Assembly (NCBI GenBank): GCA_046563655.1
Contig: CM102290.1
Location: 9,672,001-9,736,000 of the forward strand
DNA length: 64,000 nucleotides
Direction: 5' to 3'
Origin: Yuukianura sp. NJ FZ-2021
Lineage: Eukaryota
Position numbers and translations under genes: made by a program. Within the stretch, counting starts at the first letter, position 1; each line of letters opens with the position of its first letter. The notes beneath the pieces are model-generated. The model worked only from the letters and a program-made list of their open reading frames with translations. It did no database searches and had not been told where the DNA came from. Of this stretch, positions 28,101-40,600 are shown piece after piece.

Positions 28101-31100
28101 TAGTCTATTAAGTATAATGTGTTCGTTAAATATTTTGATTGGATTTGGAATCAAACACCAATTAATTGGACATGACTTCTTAAAAGATGAGCCACTTGTC
28201 CCCTTGTCATGTTACTCTTGATTGTAGTCGATTAAGTATTAAGAAGGTATTGGATTGAAGGCAGTTAATCCAGTTTCATCCTCTCAAGAAATTACTCTTT
28301 TCTGTCCATCTCATCTTGTTATTTTCTTGAGAATAATTGGCAAAAACTGCACAGATCCCTGCCAAATCCTACCATATTACGAGCAAGTAGCAGTGAAGGA
28401 ATGTCATGTCAATGTCCACTAAGTATTTACACCTTTTGTTCATCCAATTTGAGCAAACAATGAGTCAGAGGTCAACAAATTGGCAACGGTGATTCAACAG
28501 TCGTCAAATTAAAGACGGAACCAGGAAGAAGACGTTCATTTAGTACCGGGATGGATGCGGATGCTAAAGACCCTTAATGCCGTGTCTAAACATTGAAAGA
28601 TGTGATGTAATTGTCCATTCCGTTGGTCTTTGATGGTAAACTGCCGTCATTGGACACTCCTTTACCCAGAATTTCTCAATTTACCTTGAGTAATATGGTA
28701 GACATTTTTTGGGAATTTGTGCAGTTACACAAGAGTGCACTCACTTCTTCTGTAGAGTGTAGACATCAATACGAAGGGATTAGTGAGTTCCTGGAAACAA
28801 TGACAAATGGATGTACGTGTATCGAGTATGGTAGTAGTTTGGCAACGTTAGAAATCAATTGGAATCTACCTTGAAGGGTCCCTTGGGCTTGAGTCAGCCA
28901 TCCATCCGACGTTCTTCCTTCAGTGACCTCTTGACTCACCCCACCGCTCTTAATAGCTAACCATCTTCAATGTTGTTTTGGGAAGATGATGAACGTACCA
29001 CTTTAATCCAACCCGGCTTGATTTATGGTGGAATCTTTGACGTGTCAAGGTCAACGTACCCAACTGTCACTTGGAGGTCAACAACTGTCGAACTGTCGGT
29101 ACTTGGAGGTCACCAATAGTAGAAATGCCGTCAGTTGGAGTTGAAGGTGAGAAGATCCCATGTGATTAAGTCCTTTGTCTTCATCGCCGGAATCCCGCTT
29201 TTGAATTTTTCGCGCTGCCGGTGAAAAGTTCCAGCAACAAACGTCGGCAGAAGAGTCTCCGCTCATGGACTATTTTTGAAAAATACGAGTTTCACTTTTA
29301 AAGAAATCAATATTTATATCGAAGTTGTACTTAATGACAACTAATATGCGGAAGTTGATTTTTATTGTCAATTTGCACTAAATTTTCATTGCCTTTTGTT
29401 TAATTACAAATTGCATAAAGTTGTTACCCACACTTTATTTCCTTGCTTTCACACCTTGTAAGTTACAAGTTGTAAGCATAAACTTTACTAATGAGACCAG
29501 TTAAATTCTTCAGCTTTATTTGAGATACAAGCTAACTACTAGTCTCTTTAGCCAAATGCAAACGTACATCTTTAACCTAACAATTGTACTTAATTAAACT
29601 AACCCGAATTTCAGTTAATAACAAACATAAAGATTAACCTAAAGATAAACCCTGAGATTTAATCATGAAAGCAGAGGTGATATGACAAAATGTGCCGACA
29701 ACTGAGCAGACAGGAAATGCAGCATGTCAACGTCTATACCGTCCATTTTCTGCAACAGACTAAACAAAATGGCGGTGATGTTTAAATGTTGCAAATTGAG
29801 CAAACGTCAAAATTGAATTCGAAGGTGAGTGTGAAACATTGCAATTGCAAGCGTGAGAATACTTAAGTTTTTTTTAAGTAGTGACTCTTTGTCTTATTGT
29901 TTGATTCATCATTTTTAGTCATTAATTAGATAACTTATAAACAAGCAAGAAGTAGTAAAAGAAGAAGATGATGTCAAGCATCAAACGTTTCCAATTTTTA
30001 CTCTCTTCCGCCAAGGCCTTCAACCTCACGATTTCCCAGGGATCACATCACAAAATCCTCACTTCTTTCACTTATTGCATTGTATCTACCTTGCCCCTTC
30101 CAGAACTTCCTCAAACAAAAGAAACATCAACAAAACAACCGCTGTTTCTCATAATTTACACAAACTCGACTGCAGCATGCAACCACTAATTGTAGTAGCC
30201 TGCCGCTACGGTTCAAATAACTTTCAGGAAGAATGAACATAACCGCATGAAAATATCATCTGAGGAGCTTCTGCTTTTTGAATATCCGGTATTCCATGAT
30301 CATCTTCCGCTCATGCGTTTGGCAATGACCTCAAACGTCGGGCATTCGTCACGGACTCGGCCAAAAGAAAAAACGCCTTGAAGCCTGGCCGGGGTTGACG
30401 TTCTTGCAAATGTGATCGATTTTGGTCGGAACTGCCAAAGGCTTTTCGGTAGTTCCTGGAAGGTTTCCGTAGAGTAGAGATAAAACAGAAGAAATTCTGG
30501 AAAAATGTGGTGCTGACGGTGCTGTTCTGGAATGCTGCCCATGACGATGCACATAGGGAATGGTTACGCATCGACATGAGTTGAACGAGTAAAACAAGTT
30601 GTAGAGAGGGAGTGACTGGAGACCGTGACATGGTCCATGTCATGACTAGGAAGACTCCTCAAGGTCAACTCATAAATCCTCTCCAAACAATTAAGACTTC
30701 TTGATCGTGTCACACTTAATCTCTTACGCCAACGGCAGGACGAACAAGATATTTTCCCCAGAAAGTCCTGAATGTTGTGTATGAACTCATCCCTAAAAAT
30801 GTCGACACGAATTGCTATACAAAAGTAAAAAGTTCTTATTAATGACGTCTGGACTTAGGATTTCATCATTCCTTGCTTACCTCCAGACAACATCACACTG
30901 TCCATTTTTTCCAACGGACTGTTTGTCTCGAACAAATTGTCTGACATAATTGACTCCTCTGATGACAGCACAACGAGCTCAAGAATATGGACATTGTGTC
31001 CTCAGAGGTATTGACACAATGTCAATATTTACTTCCTGTTGAACCAGTCCATGATGAGGGGAATTTGGAATTTTGACTCCATTGTAGGAAGATTTAAATA

Positions 31101-31335
31101 CTCCCTCCGAAAAAGAACCTTTTGGTATCCAGAGCTTCCAGGATGTAATTTACTCCGGATGTCGAAGTGACTGACCTCGACCGTGACCTGCCAAAATTTT
31201 TGATTCCTCTAACCCTGCTAATGCTATCGAAACGTTTATTAGTGCGATACAAATGTTTTAAAGTTAGCGCAAACTTTTGAAAGATATAGAAATACGAGAT
31301 TAATTGGATTAAATTAAATTAATTAAAGTATGTGG

Positions 31336-32862
31336 TCAACTTTTGGAGTTACTTTGATCACGAGGTCGCGGTTCACGAGTCCGTAGTCCTAGTGAAGAAA
31401 GAATGAGGCGTTTGGCTGTGTTGGATTCCGTTGCAGGGCGACGTTTGAACGGAAGTCGACGTTCACGTGAACTTGCTAGCATTAGTTTAGTTTGACGAGA
31501 AGCGCTTGAGACTGGACGACATTTGAGCGCTGGATGCTGAATCGTTTGCAGAGCTTTCTCGGCGACTTCCTTGGCAGAAAAACGGACTATCGCATGCGTA
31601 TCGTCGGTCCAACTAAAATTAAAAATGAATTAGTGGAAAACACACAAACTAAGTATTGTGAAACTTTTCGGTTTTGAAGAATTTCGAAACATACTAGATG
31701 CTGAATCCCGCAGTTTTGAATTCTTCAAATATTTCAGAGATGTCCTTCTCAACAAACTCTGGTGGAAAGTCATAAACTTCTAAAGTATGGGCCAGTTCTC
31801 CAGATTCAAAATGTGGACAAATGTCAGTCACGTCTTCGAGTTTCGTCCAATCTGGCTTCATTATCCATACTTGACCCATAGCTTGCAGAATCTAAAAAAT
31901 AGTCAAGAAAAAATGCTGAACATGGTTGAATAATCATGATTGGTGACAATGCTCCTCTCTTACGTCAGTAAGGTGACAGGGTGTAAGACTGGTCCAGGTA
32001 CAGTCGGGATGAGGTTGATAGGCCTTGAGAGCTTCTTCATCTTTCGGAAGGGGGTCGTCCAAAATTCTGCTTCCAAAGAGTGCATCCTCCGTTGAGCACT
32101 TGGGTTGCTGGACTTGGGATTGCAATGTCGTCGTGCAGCTTGAAGAATTGGATGTATCGTTAAGTAGTGCTTCCTGTTTGTTCTCATCACGTGATTCGTA
32201 TACCCAACCTCGTTTTATTCGAAATGTGTTTTTGGCAGTTTCTACAAGAGTCACCGTAGCTTCGGTACGCTCGCTGTGACTTCCGGTCATTTGAAGCTTG
32301 TCGACTGCAAGAATATCCTTCATGATTTTTCTACAACAGAAAACGTTTTAGTTTTTTTAGGACATTCAAGATTGCAATTTTGGAAGGCACAAATTGAATG
32401 TATAAACATGCTTCCAACTTTGACATTTCTCACCGCTGTAGGACGTCTTCATGACAGATGACTAAGCGCAACTGACCCGATGGTCCAATACTAACGGCTG
32501 TCAGAGATGTAAACAATTCTCGTAACACTGCACTTGTTATAAATACTGCCCATTTTGACAATGGCGGAAGGACGAGTACACAGTACCTTGAAATTCAAAA
32601 AAAAAATCATAAATCATGGTAGTGAAACACTGATGTTATTAGAATTACTTAAACATTATTACCCCATATCGCTTGACCCAAATCTTGGTTGAGCCAGCGA
32701 CTTTTCAAATCCAGAAATCGTTGTGATGATTCCATGGACGTATTCGTTTTGGGAATATTTGAAGAGTTCGTCCTCTGCATTATTATTGGGACGTATGAAT
32801 GGGGGTAACTTCGTTCCTCCTTTGACATAATTCTCTTCTGTATCTTCACCATTAAATTCCAT
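31336..32862 (-). CDS. R3HCC1: R3H and coiled-coil domain-containing protein 1-like (R3HCC1/R3HCC1L family)
   Basis: Five phase-consistent exons. The C-terminal region ELAHTLEVYDFPPEF..GFSIYWTDDTHAIVRFS..RPATESNTAKRLILSSLGLR matches the family motif HxxEIYDFP..WVDDTHA..RPETSxxxARRLxxxALG. The N-terminal VLVLPPLS..SIG..RLVICH segment resembles its R3H domain. Confidence 0.8.
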
Positions 32863-33213
32863 ATCACTAATCAATTAAGTTTCAATTAAATTGTAGGCAA
32901 ATTATCTTTCCCAAGCAGTAACCAAAACTGTGAATAACCCAAAAATAAGTACTAAAAAAAAATAGTACTATAAATGTTTTCAACTCATGCACAGGACTCA
33001 ATTTTATAAAATATTATTTTTTACTTCCAAAATCGCGCGCTTTCAAGTGCAAAAATTAGTTGAAGTGAACCGGAATCGCAAACCTGCAACCACAGAACGA
33101 AATGGGCACATTTTTCTTAAAATCGGACGTATTGCTGTAGTAAATAGATAGATTATATTTGCTTTTAAGGTAGGATGAAATTGGAGCTCATGTCTGAGAC
33201 GATGTTGTGTTTA

Positions 33214-34358
33214 CTAGTACAAACGTCGCAAGTGATTCCATCTAAGTTCTCCTCGCAATATAGCGTTTGCATCGTACCGTCGGAACTTGGAATCGCCAAT
33301 CCTGAAAGTCACGAAGATGTTCGGTACGCAATATTTAGCCAAAATCCAAATTGTAGGAATCAAAGTAACGGAAGAGCATACCGATACTTATTGAGATCCC
33401 CAACTTTTCCATTGTCGAGAATGTTAGAGATAAAATCTTCACTGAAAACGTCACGCGGAATACGGCGATGGTTGATCTCGTTCTCCTGCCAGGATCGAGC
33501 AACTAGAGCATTATGTGTCTTGTTAACTGATTCGTAGAGAATAGGAATGGATGTTTCGGCATCTCGAGTCGATAGCATAGTGATTCTAGCTCCAAACGCC
33601 TGCAAAATACAATACAGAACGACATGAAGTTTGTGAAGCACATGGATTTCAAATTAGTACTGCTGACATACCTCGAGGACACAAATAAACTTTACAAAGT
33701 CATGTCTGCGCTTGAACTTTCCGGGCACAATGAATGGATAATCTTCACTGTTGACGATTGTAAATGTCGGGACGCGGTTGGCACATGACAAGATTTTGTT
33801 CCTGTTTATGTCACAGTTGAAGGTAGTGTTGAAAATATCGACAAGGGAGCACTTATCTGCATGCGGATGGTAGTCGTCGATATCAAAGTCCTCAAACTCT
33901 GGCAAGCCCTGGGTCCTCTCATTAACTGAGTTATTCTCCACCTCCATTAGCTCCGTACTGATTTCGTTGTACTCCTCATTTTCGGTTCTGTCATTAATTG
34001 AGCTAGTGGCCTCCTCCATTCTATCCGTGCGGATTTCGTTGTTCTCCTCGTGTTGGTCTACTTCTGGACGTCGTCTACGGTTCCGGTCGTTTGGCTTAGA
34101 ATGTCCTTGCTGGTTCGATGACACAGAAGTACGTGAGACTCTATCCTTGATAGATACTGGTGTTCTTCGTGTCCTAATAGTCTTCTTGGTCTTCGTTTTC
34201 CGCTTAACATAAATGACTTTCTTCATAACTTCAATTTCTAATGATGCTTGTCGCTCGTTCTCGGATTTGATTGTTAATTTATTGTTTCCACGATCTGCAA
34301 TTTCTGTCTTTACTCTTTCGTTCATCAATCCTAGTTTTGGTTTTACGTCCTCGGCCAT
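33214..34358 (-). CDS. Protein with a disordered basic/acidic N-terminus and a C-terminal BRCT-like domain resembling the RAP1/TERF2IP N-terminal BRCT
   Basis: Three exons (34358-~33672, ~33599-33382, 33301-33214) joined in phase: ..YPFIVPGKFKRRHDFVKFICVLE|AFGARITML..DVFSEDFISNILDNGKVGDLNKYR|IGDSKFRRYDANAILRGELRWNHLRRLY*. The domain call is by eye. Confidence 0.55.
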
Positions 34359-34925
34359 AGATAACTCCTTCCTCCGTCCCTCCACGCTTTTAATGAACTC
34401 CGTTCCTTGAATTTGAATTAGTATCAGTGTCAACCTAAACAGGAGTTCAGGAAGGACTGTTAACAATAAACACCAAAACGTAATTAAACAAATCAAAGTC
34501 TTGTATGAGAATCGTTCAACTCAACTTACTGAACGACGCTGAGCAATAAAACGAGTTGATGAAAACCAAGACAATTCACGTTATTCTACAAACAAGTTGA
34601 ACTAATATCTTAAAATTAAAGATTTCAAAGAAATTGCAGTTGTAAGTCACTTGTCCAACAACAAGAACAACCTTTTGGTTTATTGTCGTTATTAAATTCC
34701 ACTCTCGCTACTTATTCGCTTCCACAACCACAATAAGAATTCGCGAGCGAAAAAATGCGTTGACGTAAACCAGAAAGTGGTACGAGTACCCCAGGTATAA
34801 GTTTACAGCATATCTAATGTTTTATGGGACGGCAGCGGCAACGGAAATCATTGTTTCCAAATCTTTATTCCTAAAACAATGAACATTGACGGTTTTGTCG
34901 ACAAAGTTTTAGTATTTATTTAACA

Positions 34926-36278
34926 CAAGGTATGATACCCGCTTGTGAAAGCGGGGCTAGCTTTTGAGGTAGTGTATACGAACACACATAGAAAAACGTA
35001 TCACTTATGGGAACCCGCTACCCACTCGAGACACATGCTGACCCGCTTGGACTATTTTTATGAAAATTATCCTACCCTACGGCCTACGCTTTGCCCAGGC
35101 GGAAATCCCTTAAAACTACCCGTCCATCCAATTAATGTTTAACATGTAGAGACAACAATTTACTGTGGAACTTAATTCTTTTTGGTGCCAAAAGTCACAG
35201 AATTAACGCGCCATACGTGAACCGAGTCCATTTGACCGCCTCTTTCGAATGATATATCACAGGCATGCTTGTATGTACTTCTTATGGGGTCATCGCCATA
35301 GATCAAAGGTCACAGATCAATCTCATATATCAATCGACTGCATTTGACTTTGACCCTCCTTTTTCGAACAACGTACGCATGCCTATGTTCAGCTTAATTC
35401 TATGTGAGGTCACCGCTCTGGGTCAAGGGTCATAGATCACAGGTCAATGTGTCATACGTCATTCTACTGCATTTCTGCTTTGAATGTCATGTAACTTGGG
35501 TATGTTTAGTACGATTTTGTGCGGTCATCGCGCTAGGTCAAGGGTCAAATGTCACAGTTCAGGATGTCACGTAGCCTGTAATCTTCGGGGTGATCTCGCG
35601 AAGAAAGTGACACCTCGTTTGCCCAAATCGGTACAGTAAATTCAGAGGAGTCGCAGGACACGCAGATAAGCAGGGTCTCGATTTTATATAAGTAGATGCC
35701 TATGCTTGGATTATTTCTTGTGAGGTCACCGAGCTAAGTCAAGGGTTAGAAGTCACAGGTCATCATGTCATACATAAATCCACTCCACTGGACATCCCCT
35801 TTCGAATGATATATTGCATTTCTGGGTGTGGTTTAATTCTATGTGGGGTCATCGCTCTGGGTCAAGGGTCAAAGGTCATACATCATCGTGCCATACGTCA
35901 ATCAACTTCTTTCAGCCTCCCCGTTCGAATGATATATCACATGCCTATGTTCGGCTTAATTCTATGTCAAGTCACCGGTCTGGGTCAAAGGTCAAAGGTC
36001 ACAGGTCAATGTGTCATACATCAATCGACTGCATTTGGCCTCTGCTTTCGAACGACATGTCACTTGCCTGTGTTTGGTACGATTTTGTGAGGTCATTGCG
36101 CTAGGTCAAGGGTCAAAGGTCACAGGTCAAGATGTCACATAGCCTATGCTCTTCGGGGTGACCTTAGGAAGAAAAGGACACCTCATTTGTCCAAATCGGT
36201 CCAGTAGTTTCGGAGGAGTAGCAGGACACACACACACACACACACAGATAAACAGGGTCTCGATTTTATATAAGTAGA
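34926..36278 (-). mobile_element. Non-autonomous Helitron-like element with an internally duplicated 5' end
   Basis: On the minus strand it starts A|TCTACTTATATAAAATCGAGACCCTG followed by a (TG)n tract. It ends with the hairpin CCCGCTTTCACAAGCGGG, 8 nt, then CTTG|T, giving an A-T target with no TSD. An identical 5' terminus occurs again at 35696. Confidence 0.7.
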
Positions 36279-36902
36279 TGTACAAAATTGCTTCTTGCTT
36301 TAACACTATTGTGAGGATAACTGTGGAGGAATCAAATTACAAAAAAAAAAGATTAAAAAAGAAAGGTTTTAGCAACAGGATTGTAATTGATTAAGTTGTG
36401 CCAACAAATGAGTACCTTTGTAACTGTAATTTTTAATACTAAACTCGTACACCATCATGATTCGTAACTCGACAACTCGAGTCGAGAAATTGCGAGCCCA
36501 AATTGTGAATTAAGTACCTCTGGTTACAACAATTGCCAACTATCCTTACCTTCCACGATTTCGCTCGTACCGTACCATACAGTCCTCGGATCAACTTTCA
36601 AGAACTGTGTGACATCGGTAAGTTACCTACGGCACGGTACCGTGGATTCTCACCTCAACTGAAAAACCAAAATTCGACTCAATTAATTAAATAAGAAGTA
36701 ATACATAAGTAGTCAATTAATCGGTCCAGCGCACTCAACGTCTGTCTACTAACAAAGGTATTCTCACAAGTTTCAAGATTACTAACGTAATTCATAATTT
36801 GTGGCAGGACATCGCATAAGTTTTACTTCATCGTCTGTACTTATAGCTTTTGTTAACTTTTTACTTAATCGTGGTTGGAAATTCCAATTTTCTGATTCTC
36901 AG

Positions 36903-37265
36903 ATGGGTCATTTAGCATTCGGGAACTTGGCCAAAATCCGAGGCCTCATTACTTACTCAATTTCTCCATATGAACAGAGAGCACTGGTTGGTATATTCTC
37001 CAAGGGCATCCCGAATGTCTTTCGGAGAATTAAGGAGTCGGTCTTTGTCGTTGTTCCACGTAAGTATCAATGATAGTATTGGATTGCTAGTAGTCTCTAG
37101 TCGTTACAACAACAAGTAATAATGTAGTAATGATATCCAATTACTACTACAAATTAACGTTTCATTGCAGCCTTTGCTATTGGCTACATGGTCTACGTAT
37201 CGGCGAAGAAGGAACACCATCGACTCAGTCGAAAAAACCCTGCTGAATTTGAGAACGACGTGTAA
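36903..37265 (+). CDS. UQCRQ: Cytochrome b-c1 complex subunit 8 (QCR8)
   Basis: Exons 36903-37059 and 37171-37265: [83 protein letters not shown]. Typical SPxEQ and RKNPxxxEND motifs. Confidence 0.95.
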
Positions 37266-37619
37266 ACATCGATGAACCTCTTCGTCTAGACGTTGCATCA
37301 CCGTCGTAAATCGCAACCCAAAGTCAACTCTAGAAGTAATTGATTGGAGAAGCTTGAAAAATGAAACAGTTGATTATTGAAAAGTAGTCATGTACTAGAT
37401 AGCAATCAACCTACGACAGGAAAACAATAAACGACAACTGAATAACGTTTCGATTGCTCGCTAAATATACCAGCTTTGTTCTCACTTCATCTCCCTTTAT
37501 TTAGTCCCACACGCAAGTAAGTCTTCTTCGATTTCCTTACTTGGAAATCGAAGAAGTGAAGGAATAGTGATAATTAAAAACTATTAATTAGTCCTACCAA
37601 AGAAAAAACTCTTAAATTC

Positions 37620-40600
37620 TCACTCCTTCTTGGTGGGAACGTCCTTTCGTCTCCAGTTGTCATCCCCTCCAACACTACCAACGTTACCACGATCTCGATC
37701 AGCAGGTCTGTTTCCGTAACCACGGTCACGGTCCTTCCCTTCAAAGGCACGCCGCTCTCGTCCATCGTCATATGGGCGTCTGTCTCCTCCGCGATCTCTT
37801 CCGTCTTCAAAGCCACGGCCTGACGGACGGTCTCGCCCATCTTCAAATCCGCCACGAGACGGACGGTCTCGTCCATCTTCAAATCCGCCACGAGACGGAC
37901 GGTCTCGTCCATCTTCAAATCCGCCACGAGACGGACGGTCTCGTCCATCTTCAAATCCGCCACGAGGAGACGGACGGTCTCGTCCATCTTCAAATCCGCC
38001 ACGAGGAGACGGACGGTTTCGTCCATCTTCAAAGGCGCCACCACGCGTCGACGGACGGTCTCGTCCATCTTCAAATCCGCCGCCACGAGCGCGATCTTGA
38101 CCATCTTCGAAACCACCACGACCTGACGGACGCTCACGTCCTTCGTCAAAACCGCCGCGACCTGCTGGACGATCTCTTGCGTCTTCAAATGGACGACCAG
38201 ATGGACGTTCTTCGCGTCGTACACTGAAATTGTTGAAATAATTATAGTCAACGCATGATTATTTGTAAATTAACTTTTCCAGCCTTACCCAAAACCACCA
38301 GTGCTGGCACGACCACCTCGACTACCATTTCAAAAAAAAAAAAATAATAATAACAAATTAATCACACTATTGTTAATTCTCTGAATCATTTCCAAGCATA
38401 AGTAAAAAGCTTACGACGGTGGCACATAGACGTCACTTCGTGGTGGTCCACTGCTACGCCATGAATCTTCCTTTGGTTCCTATTAAAAATCATAGCCAAG
38501 TTTTAAAATCCAATATTACAGAATTTCAATAACAAAGTTCTAAAACTAATTCAAAGTGATAATTTTTGAATCTTACCTCTTTCCTGTAACTTCCTCGTTC
38601 CATGTCTCTTTCTCCATCACGATCTCCTCTCGCACGGTCACGGTCCATTCTACGGTCGCCTTCCATGTTACGGTCACGGTCCGCTCCTCCATCAAATCCT
38701 CGAGCTCGATCACGTCCACGGTCATCCACAACGTCTCTCTGACCAGGTCCACGGTCATCCACGTCTCTCTGACCTCGCGGTGTCGTTGGAGCCGACTGTG
38801 ATCCTGCTGCACCAGCTTCACGACGAAAGGATGGTCGCCACGCTCCAGAACTTGGTTCAGCGGCTGGAGCTGGTTTGGCGGTTTCTTGTGCTGCTTGATT
38901 GGCTCGCTCCCGCTCACGTTCCTTCTCTTCTCGCTCCTCAATTTCTCGCTGTTTGGCCATTTGAAGTTCCATCGTTCGACGATTCCTTTCTTCCATTTCC
39001 TTTTGTGACTTTTCACGCTCTTCACGCAGACGCTCTTCTTCTTCACGCTGTAATTCTTCTTGTCGTCGACGCTCTTCTTCTGCTCGTTCTTCATAGTATC
39101 TGCGTCGTCGCATATCAAATCTTTCCTTCTTTCGTTCATTCAAACGTCGTGCTTTTTCTTCAACCAAACGCTTCTCAAAATCTTTCAATTTCTTGGTAAA
39201 AACGCCACGTCTTGATTCCAGCAATCCTAAATTAAAAAATAAGTCCATTATTTCAAGTTCGTAATTATTATTTCCTAAAAATCTTTAAGTAATTCACAAT
39301 TCAACCCAAAATTACCTTGCAAGAAAACTTCTTTGTCTTCTAGCATTCTCTTCATACGATCGCGATTCTCTACAGAAACTTTTCGCTCTTCAATCAAGTT
39401 AGCAATCCGCTCCTCTTCATGCGAATTCCATTCGGCCTCTTCCATTTCCTTCTTCTTTGCTGTCTGTTCAGCAATTACTGGAATCTCTTCCAGACGTTTA
39501 GCTCTCTCTAGATGATCCAATCGCTTAAACTGAGCTTGCATTCGAACTTGACGCTCAGATGCCTCCTTTTGAAGTTCCTCTTGTTGACGAAGCATCACCG
39601 TCTCAATGTCCAACTTACTCAAATCATCTTCTTCCAATCGACTAACCACGAGACGACCTAACTTCGTTTGAGCCATTTGTCCAATCTTGTCACGAATTCT
39701 CTTTTGTTGAATTTCCAAAACTTCCATTTCTTTCTTCTTACGCTCACGATCTTCACGCTCGGTTTCGAGACGACGCTGTTCCAAAATCATTTGTTGTTTC
39801 ATCACTTGCTCACTGCGCCACTTCTCTTCATTTTCTCGATCAACGGCTGTCCGTTCTAGTTCTTCCCGACGGTCAGCAATAATCTTTTGACGTTGGAGAA
39901 TGGCAATGTGACTCTGCTTCTCTGTAAGGAGGTGATTTGCATAGATTTTTTGACGCAGTTTCTCCTCAGTGACCTTGAATAAGCACATGTTCGTTGGTTT
40001 TGCTCAAAATAATGGAACTCATCTTAGAAAAACTAACTAAGTTCTTACCGAAACACGATTTGGATTGATAATATTAATTGCTTCTTCGAGACAGCTGTAG
40101 ACGTTGACAAGTTGAAGGCGAACAGACTCCGAAGGCATTTCTTGCAATTGAATTTCTTCCAAGTCTTCGTCGTATGGCGTTTCAGTAAGTCCGGATCCAA
40201 ATCGAACACAGTTGTCACGATGGTCGATTGTAATCTGCATGTCACTGTACCGAACCATGTCCACAATCAGTTGTTCCAAGCGAAGTTGATCAGCAAACAC
40301 CGTAAGTCCAAGGAAGTGTCCATAGTCGATGCTTTGATACACCTAGTAAAAATGTTCAATTGATTATCGTCACATTGTAATTGTATGCGCATCATACACA
40401 GCATTCTACAAACTCTATTATAATAGGCTTACCTGCGAGACTTGACGGATGAGACGAACCAATGCCACGTCTTGAATGAATTCGACGTATTGCTCAAGAT
40501 GTTCGTTTTCCGGATTAGAAATGATTGTTCCAATACTTCGATTAACTCGGTCGCAGAGTTCTAGTGGATTGAATTCCGTTTCCAGAATGTCATGAAGTGT

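Noticed and set aside
35806..36104. ORFs inside the Helitron-like element
   Set aside because: They are translations of internal subrepeats with no Rep or helicase motifs.
37574..38251. ORFs 37574-38251 (-) and 37772-38227 (+) with repeated peptides
   Set aside because: They are alternative frames of the eIF3a 36-nt repeat; the true frame reads [12 protein letters not shown].
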